Source: Lysobacterales bacterium
Lineage (GTDB): Bacteria; Pseudomonadota; Gammaproteobacteria; Xanthomonadales; SZUA-5
Assembly (NCBI GenBank): GCA_019187485.1
Contig: JABAQR010000038.1
Coordinates: 4,407-68,406, forward strand
Length of the DNA stretch: 64,000 nt
Direction: 5' to 3'
Shown here: piece by piece, positions 9,284 through 22,335 of the stretch
Numbering within the stretch: position 1 is the stretch's first letter
Layout: the number at the start of each line of letters is the position of its first letter
Program-made: the position numbers and the translations under genes
Notes under the pieces: model-generated
What the model saw: the letters and a program-made list of their open reading frames with translations, nothing else
What the model was told of the DNA's origin: nothing
Databases searched by the model: none

Positions 9284-10509
9284 GCCTGCCCGAGTTCGCG
9301 CGGCAACAGGGCGTCGACGAAATCGGCGGCGACGAATTCGCGCAGGTCCTCGCGCTTTTCACCGACGCCGATGAAGCGGATCGGCAGCTTCATCTCGCGG
9401 CACAGCGCGAACACCATGCCGCCTTTCGCGGTGCCGTCGAGCTTGGTGACGGCGATGCCGGTGAGGCCGACCGCCTGGTGGAACTGGCGCGCCTGGTTGA
9501 GTGCGTTCTGGCCGGTACCGCCATCGATGACGAGCAGCGTCTCATGCGGCGCCGACGGGTCGATCTTGGCGAGCACGCGCTTGACCTTGGCCAGTTCCTG
9601 CATCAGGTGGCCCTGGGTGTGCAGACGCCCGGCGGTGTCGGCGATCAGCACATCGACGCCGCGCGCACTCGCGGCTTGCAGCGCGTCATAGATCACCGAG
9701 GCCGAGTCGGCACCGCTGCCCTGCGCGATCACCTGCACCTGGTTGCGTTCGCCCCAGGTTTTCAACTGTTCGACGGCGGCAGCGCGGAAGGTGTCACCGG
9801 CCGCGAGCATCACCGCCAGGCCGGCCTGGCGATAACGCATCGCGAGCTTGCCGATGGTGGTGGTCTTGCCGGCGCCGTTGACGCCGACGGTCAGGATCAC
9901 GAAGGGCCGTGGCGTCGGCGGGATCCGCAGCGGCCGGGCGTGCGGCGCGACCAGGCCGGTGAGCTGGGCACGCAGAGCGGCGAGCAGCGCATTCGCATCT
10001 GCGAACTCGCGCTTCTTCATGCGCACGCGCAACTGCTCGACCAGTTCGCTGCTTGCGGTAACGCCGACATCGGCCTGGATCAGCGCCGTCTCGAGCTCCT
10101 CGAGCAGGTCTTCGTCGAGCTTCGGGTTGCGCCGGAACAGATTGCCGACGCTCGCGGTCAGCGCACGCGCGGACGCGGCGAGGCGCTCGCGCAGGCTGCG
10201 CGGTTTCGGCGGCTCGGGTGCGAGAGCCTCCTCGCCGGCGAACAGCGCGGGCACGCGCTCGGTTTCGGCTGCGGGCGCGGCGATTGCGGACAGGACGGTC
10301 CCGACCACCGGCGTCGGCGCCGGCATCGGCGCTGGCTCGACTGCCGGACGATGCGCGGGCGCCAGCGAATCGGCGGCAGCTGCGATCGCTGCGTCCACGC
10401 CAGTCGCGGCTTCGGGCAACGCAGATGACGGCTCGGCCATCGCCGCCGGCGGTGGCGGCGCCTCGATGGCCGGTGGCGCGCCCTTGTCCTTGCGGAACCA
10501 CTTGAACAT
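9280..10509 (-). CDS. ftsY: Signal recognition particle receptor
   Basis: An Ala/Pro/Glu-rich acidic N-terminus precedes an SRP GTPase domain (GVNGAGKTTTIGKLA, DTAGRL, TKLDGTAKGG). Confidence 0.95.
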   Translation of the reverse strand: MFKWFRKDKGAPPAIEAPPPPAAMAEPSSALPEAATGVDAAIAAAADSLAPAHRPAVEPAPMPAPTPVVGTVLSAIAAPAAETERVPALFAGEEALAPEPPKPRSLRERLAASARALTASVGNLFRRNPKLDEDLLEELETALIQADVGVTASSELVEQLRVRMKKREFADANALLAALRAQLTGLVAPHARPLRIPPTPRPFVILTVGVNGAGKTTTIGKLAMRYRQAGLAVMLAAGDTFRAAAVEQLKTWGERNQVQVIAQGSGADSASVIYDALQAASARGVDVLIADTAGRLHTQGHLMQELAKVKRVLAKIDPSAPHETLLVIDGGTGQNALNQARQFHQAVGLTGIAVTKLDGTAKGGMVFALCREMKLPIRFIGVGEKREDLREFVAADFVDALLPRELGQA

Positions 10510-10578
10510 GCGGGGTTGTCGCTGGAAGCAAAGGCCGCGATTCTAGCCCGCCTCCACCAAGCGGAAATCCGATCGCGC

Positions 10579-11720
<1,142 letters not shown>

Positions 11721-11805
11721 CCAGGCTCGAATCTGGTGTGCCCTCTCGGGATATCCGGGCTAGCATCCGACCCACCTTGGCATCCGCCATCCGAGGAGCT
11801 TTCTC

Positions 11806-14316
<2,511 letters not shown>

Positions 14317-14325
14317 AGTCCATTG

Positions 14326-14439
14326 GTCCGCAGAGGACGCAAAACCCGGAGGGAAGACTCGGTGGCAATTCACACGGACAATCGCCTGCCGAAAAACCTG
14401 CCGACATCCATTCCGCCTCTCTTTGCGTCCTTTGCGGAC
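14326..14439. repeat. Palindromic intergenic element with GACGCAAAG-type arms
   Basis: The left end GTCCGCAGAGGACGCAAA (14326-14343) is complementary at 17 of 18 positions to the right end TTTGCGTCCTTTGCGGAC (14422-14439). It starts 10 nt after the ggt stop. Confidence 0.9.
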
Positions 14440-14471
14440 AAGAAAAGCCCTTCACGACGATCCGCTCGATC

Positions 14472-15389
14472 ATGAAAGCCTGGTCCATCATCGGCAATAC
14501 GCAGCGCCTGGATGGTGGTGCGATGTTCGGCAACGTACCGCGCGCCATGTGGGCGAAGTGGCTGACACCGGATGCCGAGCACCGTGTGCCGCTGGCCTGC
14601 CGCGCGCTGCTGGTGGAACTCGACGACGGCCGGCGCGTGCTGTTCGAGACCGGTATCGGAGCCTTCTTCGATCCGAAACTGCGCGCGCGTTTTGGCGTGC
14701 TCGAGGAAGAGCATGTGCTGCTCGATTCGCTGGCGGCGCTCGGACTGACCGATGCCGACATCGATGTCGTCGTGCTGAGCCATTTGCACTTCGATCACGC
14801 CGGCGGCCTGCTTGCGCCATGGCAGGAAGACCAGGGTGCGCGCCTGCTGTTCCCGCATGCGCGTTTCGTGATCGGCCGCAACCACTGGGAGCGCGCGCAG
14901 CAGCCGCATCCGCGCGACCGCGCTTCCTTCATCCCGGAGCTCAACGCGCTGCTCGAGGCCAGCGGTCGGCTGGAGCTGATCGACCTCGGGCCCGCGAACG
15001 CGATCGGCACGCCAGGCGCTTTGCCGGCGCACTGCCGGACGCTCGGCGACTCGGTTGGCTTCTACGAGTCGCACGGACACACGCCGGGGCTGATGTTGAG
15101 CGAGATCGGTGGCGACGGTGGCCTGGTGTTCTGCGCCGACCTGATCCCCGGCAGGCCCTGGGTGCACCTGCCGGTGACCATGGGCTACGACCGCTACCCG
15201 GAACTGCTGATCGACGAGAAACATCACTTCCTCGCCGACAAGCTGCGCCGTGGCGTGCGCCTGTATTTCACCCACGACCCGGCGATCGCCTGCGCCGCCG
15301 TGCAGCAGGATGCCGGTGGACGCTTCGGCACACGCGCCGAACTCGCCGCGCTGTTTGCTGTCCAACTCCCGTTTCCCGCCGCCGTCTGA
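14472..15389 (+). CDS. MBL-fold metallo-hydrolase
   Basis: The ATG at 14472 gives [23 protein letters not shown], and the HLHFDHAGG metal-binding motif is present. The rest of the 920-aa track ORF upstream is an out-of-frame shadow over ggt. Confidence 0.85.
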   Translation: MKAWSIIGNTQRLDGGAMFGNVPRAMWAKWLTPDAEHRVPLACRALLVELDDGRRVLFETGIGAFFDPKLRARFGVLEEEHVLLDSLAALGLTDADIDVVVLSHLHFDHAGGLLAPWQEDQGARLLFPHARFVIGRNHWERAQQPHPRDRASFIPELNALLEASGRLELIDLGPANAIGTPGALPAHCRTLGDSVGFYESHGHTPGLMLSEIGGDGGLVFCADLIPGRPWVHLPVTMGYDRYPELLIDEKHHFLADKLRRGVRLYFTHDPAIACAAVQQDAGGRFGTRAELAALFAVQLPFPAAV

Positions 15390-15398
15390 GGTTTCCAC

Positions 15399-15878
15399 AT
15401 GATCCGCAGCACCACGCTCGCGCTCGCCCTGGCGTTCGCCAGTCTCGCCACCCTCGCCGCCGATGAACCCGCCCCGATCGCCGTCGTCGACGGCAAGCCG
15501 GTCTACGGCGCTGCGATGCCCGAGGGTGAGCCGACGCCGATCGGCGCCGCCCTCGCCAAGCCGGAGGATTACGCCGGCAAGCCCCGGAAGTTCAGCGGGC
15601 GCGTCGCCAAGGTCTGCCAGAAGAAAGGCTGCTGGATGGTGCTCGCGAGCGGCGAGCAGAGCGCGCGCGTGATGTTCGGCCGCGACGACTTCTTCATCCC
15701 GAAGGACAGCAGCGGCGAGGCCATCGTGCACGGCACGTTGACGATGAAAGCCATGAGCGAAGCCGAAGCGAAGCACATGGCGCAGGACGGCGGCCAGGAT
15801 CCGGCGGCTGTCAGCGGCCCGAGGGTGGAAGCGCAGATCAGCGCGACCTCGGTGATGCTGGTGCCGACGGCGGGTTGA
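15399..15878 (+). CDS. DUF4920-like secreted protein
   Basis: Signal peptide MIRSTTLALALAFASLATLAA and a KVCQKKGCWM motif; 159 aa. Confidence 0.75.
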   Translation: MIRSTTLALALAFASLATLAADEPAPIAVVDGKPVYGAAMPEGEPTPIGAALAKPEDYAGKPRKFSGRVAKVCQKKGCWMVLASGEQSARVMFGRDDFFIPKDSSGEAIVHGTLTMKAMSEAEAKHMAQDGGQDPAAVSGPRVEAQISATSVMLVPTAG

Positions 15879-17121
15879 AGGCACACACGCAGCTCTCGTG
15901 TCCGCATCGGGAGCGGCACCGTGATGGCGCAATCGTGCGAGACGTTCGCCTGCCCTGCGTGTGGAAATATTTCAACGCAGACTCAGGGAGGGGGGCGCGG
16001 CGCCGGTACAGTTGCAGGTTGGAATCTGTGGCGCTGCGCCGATAGCCGATCCAGAAGGGCAGCGGCCGCGCCGGCGCGGCAAGGTAGGCGTCGCGCAGAT
16101 CCGCCTGCACCTGGTTCTCGAAACCGCCGCCGCCACGGCGGTAGGCGCCGTACACCGTCGACGCCCAAAGCGTCGACGGGAACGATCGCCAGGGGATCCC
16201 CGAGTCGTCCTGCAGCAATGCTGGCGACACCTCCAGCAGCAACTCCCGGATATCGCTGAATTCGCGCGTGTGCAAGAGGTAGGAAGCAGACTTCAGGAAG
16301 CTCACGCGCACGCCCAATCCGCGAACCAGCCGCGCGTATCCGGGGGTGCCGGCGAGCCCGCGATCCGACAGATCCGCGCGCAGGTACACCAGGCTGCGCA
16401 ATGCGGATTCTCCGGCCGCCCGGAAGCGGATCCCGATGCCGGCAGCGTCCCTGCGCTCGGCGAACTCGCGAGCGCAGAGCCGGCCGTCGTCGTCCAGTCG
16501 CAACGCGGCGACACTGTCGATCCGATGGCCGGCGCGCGCCAGCAGCAGCAACAGGATCGGTGTCGCGCCGCGAAAGCGATTGCGGTGGAACTGTTGCTGC
16601 ATCTGCGCGGTGACGAAGAAGCTCTGCCCAAGCAGACTGACCAGCGAGCGTCGCAATTCAGCGAAGCTGTCGGGGAGATCGGCAGATCCGAAATCCTCGG
16701 CGGTCGGTGGAGCGCCCACCGTCTCCAGGCCAGTGAACAGTAGTTTGCGCGCGTGCGGAAAGAGCGCGGTCGGGTACAGCACGTCGGGACCGCTGAATGG
16801 ATAGAACAACACCTCCGCCCCGCTCACATCGGGCGGCAACACCGTCGCCGACCACCGTCGAATGCGGCCGAGCTGAACCTTCTCCAGCCGCACGAAAGAT
16901 CCATCCATCTGGCGTGCATGCGTGGTGATCGCCGGCCCGACTCCGGCCACCGGCATGCCCGCGAGCATGCGCGCATACCGGTCCATCGCCGGATCACGCA
17001 CGAACCGCGGGGCAGAACAAGCCGGAGACGTGTCTGCAGGAGCAAATTCCACACCGGCGACGCACGCGACGGGCATGGCCGACCACAGCAACCACAGCAT
17101 CACAGCGCGGGCAGGGCACAT
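15838..17121 (-). CDS. Hypothetical secreted protein
   Basis: The ATG at 17121 gives a signal-like N-terminus (MCPARAVMLWLLWSAMPVACVAG); the ORF is open to 17181. The last ~50 residues are Arg/Ser/Cys-rich and overlap the 3' end of the convergent gene by 41 nt, so the true C-terminus is uncertain. Confidence 0.6.
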   Translation of the reverse strand: MCPARAVMLWLLWSAMPVACVAGVEFAPADTSPACSAPRFVRDPAMDRYARMLAGMPVAGVGPAITTHARQMDGSFVRLEKVQLGRIRRWSATVLPPDVSGAEVLFYPFSGPDVLYPTALFPHARKLLFTGLETVGAPPTAEDFGSADLPDSFAELRRSLVSLLGQSFFVTAQMQQQFHRNRFRGATPILLLLLARAGHRIDSVAALRLDDDGRLCAREFAERRDAAGIGIRFRAAGESALRSLVYLRADLSDRGLAGTPGYARLVRGLGVRVSFLKSASYLLHTREFSDIRELLLEVSPALLQDDSGIPWRSFPSTLWASTVYGAYRRGGGGFENQVQADLRDAYLAAPARPLPFWIGYRRSATDSNLQLYRRRAPLPESALKYFHTQGRRTSRTIAPSRCRSRCGHESCVCAFNPPSAPASPRSR

Positions 17122-17266
17122 GCGGGGATTTCCGGTCGCGGATCGAGGGTCATGTTCGGGCAAGCGTTGACTGGCGTCCATCGAGGCTACGCCGGCAGAC
17201 CATGCGCAGCGGTCGCGTTGACGGCGATGCCCATTCCGACGCGGTGCGCCAATGCCGTCGTTTCGC

Positions 17267-18817
17267 TCAGCCTGCCGGCCGATAGTTCTCCATCAGCGGG
17301 TAGTGCCTGGCGTACAGGCCGAACAGCAAGGCCGCCACCAGGGCGAAACCGGCGAAGAAAAACATCTGGAAGGCGGCCACGCTGATGCCGGTGGAGCCGA
17401 TCCATGCGGTGAAACCGGCATTGCGCACGCTCGCGTTGGCGAGCAGCACCCACAGGTTGCCGATGGTCACCGCGAGGTACCACAGGCTCATGATCACACC
17501 CTTCATCGAGGCCGGCGCCTGGCTGTAGGCGAATTCGAGGCCAGTGGCGGACACCAGGACCTCGCCAAAGGTCAGCAGCGCATACGGCAGGACCTGCCAG
17601 GTGATCGACACCGCGTCGCCGCCATCCATCCACAGCTGCAGCATGCCGGCGGCGATCCACGACACGCCGGAAAACGCGATGCCGGTGGTCATGCGCCGCA
17701 GCGCGGTCGGCTCCCAGCCGAACTTCCTCAACGCCGGGTACAGCACGAGGTTGTTGAAGGGGATCAGGATCATCACCAGCAGCGGGTTCAGCGCCTGCAT
17801 CTGCGCCGGCTCGAACCAGTCGGGTTTGGTCATGCCGCCGGCCTGCAGCACCCAGGTCGATGCCTTCTGGTCGAACAGCGACCAGAACGGCGTGGTCAGC
17901 GCGAACACGATCAGGATCCGCAGCACCGCGCGCACGCCGTCGACCGCCTCGTCCGGATGCCGGCCGCGTGCGCGCTCGAGCTGGATCCAGGTGCCGAAGC
18001 CGCCGAAACCGAGGGCGAACACGATCGCGATGCAGATCGCCGACACCCAGCCCACCTGCGGCACGAAAACGAAACCCGCCAAACCCAGCAGCAGACCGAG
18101 CACCGCCAGCGTCAGGCCCGGACGCGCCTCACCCGGCGCGCGCGCCAGCAGCGCGGTGCGCGCGACGTTCATGAAGGAATCCAGGTTCGGCGGCGGCGGC
18201 GGAACGTCCACGTACTTGCGGCGGCCCATCCAGAACACGATGGTCGCAATCAGCATCAACACGCCCGGGATGCCGAAGGCCACCATGCCGCCGTGCTCGC
18301 GCAGCAACCAGGGCATCAGCAGCGAGGCGAACAGCGAGCCGAAGTTGATGATCCAGTAGAAGGCATCGAAGGCGACCTTGGCGAGGCGCTTGTTCGACTG
18401 GTCGAACTGGTCGCCCATGAACGAGGCCACCAGCGGCTTGATGCCGCCGGATCCGAGCGCGACCAGCGCCAGACCGGTGTAGAAGCCGTGGAGGTTGTCG
18501 ACGAAGGCGGCCAGGCAGAACTGGCCGACGCAGTACAGCAGCGAGAAATACAGGATGGTCCGGTACTTGCCGAGGATGCGATCGGCGATCCAACCGCCGA
18601 GCAGCGGGAAGAAATAGACGCCGATGACGAAGATGTGGAACACATCCTTGGCAGCGCCCGGACGGTCCACTTCCGGCAGGTTCACCAGCAGCGAGGTGAC
18701 CAGGAAGGGCGTCAGGATGTTGCGCATCCCGTAGAAGCTGAAGCGCTCGCAGCCCTCGTTGCCGATGATGTAGCGGATCTGGGGTGGGAAGCGCTCGGAA
18801 CTTGCGGATGCGGTCAC
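17267..18817 (-). CDS. Proton-dependent oligopeptide transporter (POT/PTR2 family)
   Basis: PTR2 signature ERFSFYGMRNIL plus many hydrophobic helices. I prefer the GTG at 18817 (VTASASSERFPPQIRYIIGNE, AAAGG upstream) over the Arg-rich extension to 18940. Confidence 0.88.
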   Translation of the reverse strand: MTASASSERFPPQIRYIIGNEGCERFSFYGMRNILTPFLVTSLLVNLPEVDRPGAAKDVFHIFVIGVYFFPLLGGWIADRILGKYRTILYFSLLYCVGQFCLAAFVDNLHGFYTGLALVALGSGGIKPLVASFMGDQFDQSNKRLAKVAFDAFYWIINFGSLFASLLMPWLLREHGGMVAFGIPGVLMLIATIVFWMGRRKYVDVPPPPPNLDSFMNVARTALLARAPGEARPGLTLAVLGLLLGLAGFVFVPQVGWVSAICIAIVFALGFGGFGTWIQLERARGRHPDEAVDGVRAVLRILIVFALTTPFWSLFDQKASTWVLQAGGMTKPDWFEPAQMQALNPLLVMILIPFNNLVLYPALRKFGWEPTALRRMTTGIAFSGVSWIAAGMLQLWMDGGDAVSITWQVLPYALLTFGEVLVSATGLEFAYSQAPASMKGVIMSLWYLAVTIGNLWVLLANASVRNAGFTAWIGSTGISVAAFQMFFFAGFALVAALLFGLYARHYPLMENYRPAG

Positions 18818-19057
18818 GACCAGCCTTTGTGCCAGGAGCGAAGCGCGCGATCCTGCGGGCTGTCGACCGCAGCGCCGCCAGCGGCGCGGGCGTTGCAGGC
18901 GGCTGCGGAGTCTGCAACGAGCGAGTGCGAGGAGCAACACCGGACCACGCGGGAACCCGGCTGCGCCAGTTCAACCGCTCACCCGCCCGATGCGTGGGCT
19001 CGTCATCCCCGACCGGCACGTCATTCCGCATGCGGCTCGGACCGCCCGGTGGACGGG

Positions 19058-19948
19058 TCAGTCGAAGCCGAGCCGACGCAGGGCGCGCTCGCTGTCGCTC
19101 CAGTCCGGGCGCACCTTGACCCACAGTTCCAGGTGTACGCTTCCCTCGAGGAGCCGCTCGATCTCCTCGCGCGCCTTCGTGCCGATCCGTTTGATGCGCT
19201 CGCCACCCTCTCCGATCACGATCGCCTTCTGGCCATCGCGCTCAACCCAGATGATGGCGGCAATGCGCCGCCGTGCACCCTCGACAACGAACTGCTCGAC
19301 TTCCACCGCACAAGCGTAGGGCACTTCCTCGCCGAGCTGGCGCATCAGCTGCTCGCGCACCAGTTCAGCCGCCAAATGGCGTTCGCTGCGGTCGGTCAGG
19401 GTGTCGGGCTCGTACAGTGCCTCACGCTCGGGCAGCAGGGCAACGAGGCGTCGGCAGGCTTCCTCGGTTCCTTGCTCCTTGCGCGCGCCGACCAACAGGA
19501 CTGCAACGAAATCGTGGCGCTTGCCGATCCGGTCGAGGTAGGGCAGCAATTGCGGCTTGTCCTTGACGAGGTCGATCTTGTTGACCGCCAGTGCGATCGG
19601 CAGACCCGTTTGGCGTGCCCGCGCGAGCGCGTCGTCGTCGCCGCGCTTCCACTGACCGGCCTCGACCACCAGCACGACCAGGTCGACCGCCGCGAAAGCC
19701 TGTTCGACCGCGCGGTCCATTGCCTTGTGCACCGCCGTCGGCCGGCGTTGCTGCATCCCAGGCGTGTCCAGGAAGGCGATTTGGCCGTCGTCGAAGCTGC
19801 GCACACCGAGCAGGCGCTGACGGGTGGTGTGCGGCTTGGCGGACACCGCGCCGAGATGGGCGCCGACGAAGGCGTTCAGCAGGCTGGACTTGCCGACATT
19901 GGGCCGGCCGACGAGCGCCACATGTCCGGAGCGGAAGAGAGTGGTCAT
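19058..19948 (-). CDS. era: GTPase Era
   Basis: The ATG at 19948 gives MTTLFRSGHVALVGRPNVGKSSLLN (G1). DTPG, NKID and a C-terminal KH region follow. Confidence 0.93.
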   Translation of the reverse strand: MTTLFRSGHVALVGRPNVGKSSLLNAFVGAHLGAVSAKPHTTRQRLLGVRSFDDGQIAFLDTPGMQQRRPTAVHKAMDRAVEQAFAAVDLVVLVVEAGQWKRGDDDALARARQTGLPIALAVNKIDLVKDKPQLLPYLDRIGKRHDFVAVLLVGARKEQGTEEACRRLVALLPEREALYEPDTLTDRSERHLAAELVREQLMRQLGEEVPYACAVEVEQFVVEGARRRIAAIIWVERDGQKAIVIGEGGERIKRIGTKAREEIERLLEGSVHLELWVKVRPDWSDSERALRRLGFD

Positions 19949-20046
19949 GCCGGCGCCGACAAGGTGGCGGGTGGGCACGAGAACACGCAGGCACGCAAGA
20001 AAAGGCGCGGCGCCCTACGGGCACATGCACGCCGACGATGAACAGC

Positions 20047-20170
20047 GGAGGGCACGCGGGTACGCGAGCTTGCGCTCGGATACACGATTTCCTGCGCGTG
20101 CCTGCGCACCGACGAAGTAGAAATATGCGGCTTCACGTGCCCTCGTGTCCTCGTGTCCTCGTGTCCTCGT
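20047..20170. repeat. Intergenic element with (CCTCGTGT)x3.75 arm and degenerate inverted partner
   Basis: CCTCGTGT units lie at 20141, 20149 and 20157, with a partial unit at 20165-20170. The partner GGAGGGCACGCGGGTACGCGAG lies at 20047-20068. Weaker ACACG-type units extend to about 19983. The element ends 13 nt from the rnc stop. Confidence 0.8.
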
Positions 20171-20183
20171 AGGGGCTGGTGCC

Positions 20184-20879
20184 CTACTGCGCCGCGCCCA
20201 CCACCGCCGCACCAGCACCGGCGTCGATGCGTTCGAGCAGCGCTGCGGCTGCGGCCTGCTCCGCAGCCTTGCGGCTGCGGCCCGCGGCATCGCTGCAAAG
20301 ATCGAGATCGACCACGCGGCAGAGCACACGGAAAACCTTGTCGTGATCCTTGCCGACAGCGTCGAGCATGCGGTACTCGGGTAGCGCCATGCCGCGCGCC
20401 TGCAACCATTCCTGCAACCGCGTCTTGGCATCCTTGGCGGCGCCGATGTCGGCCGCATCGAAAGCACCGGCGAAGAGCACGCACACCAGCGCCCGACACC
20501 GCTCCCAGCCACCGTCGAGATAGACCGCAGCGACCAGCGCTTCCAAGGTGTCGGCGAGGATCGAGTCGCGCCGGAATCCGCCGCTCTTGAGCTCTCCCCC
20601 ACCCATGCGCAAGCAGTCGGATAGCTCGATGCCGCGCGCCAGCTCCGCAAGGCTGGATTCACGGATGAGCGCCGCGCGCAGGCGCGTCAGGTCGCCCTCC
20701 GGCGCGCGCGGAAAGCGCGCATACAGCTCGATACTGACCACCGCGTTGATCAACGCGTCGCCGAGGAACTCGAGGCGCTCGTAGTTGGCGTGCCCGGCGC
20801 TGCGATGGGTGAGCGCGCGTTCCAGCAAGGCCGGATCGGCGAACTCGATCCCGAATCGGAGCAGCGGATTCGGGGTCAC
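20184..20879 (-). CDS. rnc: Ribonuclease III
   Basis: The ERLEFLGDA signature and a C-terminal dsRNA-binding region; 231 aa. Confidence 0.95.
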   Translation of the reverse strand: MTPNPLLRFGIEFADPALLERALTHRSAGHANYERLEFLGDALINAVVSIELYARFPRAPEGDLTRLRAALIRESSLAELARGIELSDCLRMGGGELKSGGFRRDSILADTLEALVAAVYLDGGWERCRALVCVLFAGAFDAADIGAAKDAKTRLQEWLQARGMALPEYRMLDAVGKDHDKVFRVLCRVVDLDLCSDAAGRSRKAAEQAAAAALLERIDAGAGAAVVGAAQ

Positions 20880-21262
20880 TCGTTGACGGCGTCGGTGCGT
20901 CCGAGTTCGACCGAGTGATCGAACTTGGCCACCACGTCCAGGTTGTAGACGAGCGGTTTGCGGACCTCGTAGGCGATGCGCAGGAAATAGCCGTTCTGAC
21001 GGACCAGTTGCACGTTCTGGCGCTGCACGCTCTCGACGTAGCTGGTGTAGAAAGTCGCGTCCAGGATCTTCCAGACCTGATCGGGCGCCAGTCGCGCCGA
21101 GCCCGGCGTCTGCTGGACCTTCACCATGGCCCCCTTGACCGCGTAGTACTCGGTGTACATCGGAAATAGCTTGGCGCCGACGAAGAAGAAAAATCCGAGG
21201 ACGGCCGCCACCAGGACGAAGCCGATCAAGGTGATGCCGCGTTGACGCGTTGCCATGCTCAT
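20876..21262 (-). CDS. DUF4845-like membrane-anchored protein
   Basis: Pilin-like N-terminus QRGITLIGFVLVAAVLGFFFFVGAKLFPMYTEYY. It overlaps the rnc start. Confidence 0.75.
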   Translation of the reverse strand: MSMATRQRGITLIGFVLVAAVLGFFFFVGAKLFPMYTEYYAVKGAMVKVQQTPGSARLAPDQVWKILDATFYTSYVESVQRQNVQLVRQNGYFLRIAYEVRKPLVYNLDVVAKFDHSVELGRTDAVNE

Positions 21263-21271
21263 GTGCCTACC

Positions 21272-22096
21272 TCAGCCCAGTTTCATGCCGATCCGATCCC
21301 AGGACACGAAGCCCCGGATCTTCCAGTCCCAATGCATCCAGACGAAGAAGGCACGCCCGACCAGGTTCTGTTCCGGCACCAAGCCCCAGGCACGACTGTC
21401 TTCGCTGTTGTCGCGATTGTCGCCCATCATAAAGTACTGGCCCGGTGGAATCTCCCAGGTGCCGCCCGGCAACAGCCCGCGGCCGCCGCGCAGCAGAATC
21501 TGGTGCTCGATGCCCAGCAGCGATTCCTTGCGCAAATCGCCGCCGGTGGACTCGCTGTTGCTGCCTTCGCCGAAGTATCGCCCCACCGGGGTCTGTTGCA
21601 TCGCCACGCCGTTCACGTAGAGCACATCGTTGACATAGCTGATCTTGTCGCCTGGCAGACCGACCAGACGCTTGACGTAATTCTTGTCGGGATGCGTCGG
21701 TGGGCGGAACACCACGATGTCGCCGCGCTGCGGTTCACCGACGTCGAGGATCTTGGTGTGCACCACCGGCAGTCGTACGCCGTAGCTGTATTTGTTCACC
21801 AGGATGAAATCGCCGATCAGCAGCGTCGGCACCATCGAACTGGACGGGATCGTGAACGGCTCCACCAGGAAGGAGCGAATCAGCAGCACCGCGAGGATCA
21901 CCGGGAAGAAGGACTTGCTGTACTCGACGATCACCGGATCGCGCGCCGCCGGCGCGGCCGCCGCCTGCTGCTCGCCGGCCACGCCGAAGCCCGCCCCCGC
22001 CAGCGCCAGCCGGCGCTTGCGGAAGAACAGGCTGTCCACCGCCCAGACGAAGCCGGTCAGGCCGGTCAACACCACCAGAATCAGCGCGAAATCCAT
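21272..22096 (-). CDS. lepB: Signal peptidase I
   Basis: Catalytic Ser box SSSMVPTL, Lys box (YVKRLVGLPGD) and the GDNRDNSEDSR box. Confidence 0.93.
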   Translation of the reverse strand: MDFALILVVLTGLTGFVWAVDSLFFRKRRLALAGAGFGVAGEQQAAAAPAARDPVIVEYSKSFFPVILAVLLIRSFLVEPFTIPSSSMVPTLLIGDFILVNKYSYGVRLPVVHTKILDVGEPQRGDIVVFRPPTHPDKNYVKRLVGLPGDKISYVNDVLYVNGVAMQQTPVGRYFGEGSNSESTGGDLRKESLLGIEHQILLRGGRGLLPGGTWEIPPGQYFMMGDNRDNSEDSRAWGLVPEQNLVGRAFFVWMHWDWKIRGFVSWDRIGMKLG

Positions 22097-22150
22097 GTTC
22101 GTTCCGTCACTCCACGTCCACAGCGCACGCGCTGCTCAGAAGGCCTGATT

Positions 22151-22304
22151 GGGGACGCAAAGTACGCAAAGGGGCGCAAAGGACGCGAAGAGAGCGAAAG
22201 CCACCGGATGGCAATCGGATCAGACACTGGCTCTTGCTTCCTTTGCGTCCTTTGCGCCCCTTTGCGTCCTTTGCGTCCTTTGCGTCCTTTGCGTCCTTTG
22301 CGTC
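22151..22304. repeat. Palindromic intergenic element with 9-10 bp GACGCAAAG / CTTTGCGTC tandem arms
   Basis: The left arm has 5 units (22154-22200). The right arm has 8 units (22231-22304), including five consecutive perfect CTTTGCGTC copies. The centre is CCACCGGATGGCAATCGGATCAGACACTGG. Confidence 0.95.
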
Positions 22305-22335
22305 AAAAATCAACCGCCCTGATCAAGGCGGAAGC

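Noticed and set aside
17252-20041. 929-aa plus-strand ORF
   Set aside because: It is antisense to the POT transporter and era, and no motif is visible. The same reasoning applies to 952-2583(+), 2948-4210(-), 12472-14373(-), 14370-15932(-), 22234-24513(+), 32292-34268(+), 35766-37244(+), 47296-49422(+) and 52594-54093(+).
22107-22313. 68-aa ORF encoding DAKDAKDAKDAKDAKGRKGRKG
   Set aside because: The periodic peptide is simply the translation of the 9-bp tandem repeat, and there is no independent coding evidence. The same applies to SRVPSPE x3 at 3119-3183 and the FLFSFFLF and KGKGKMEKG peptides at 38635-38733.
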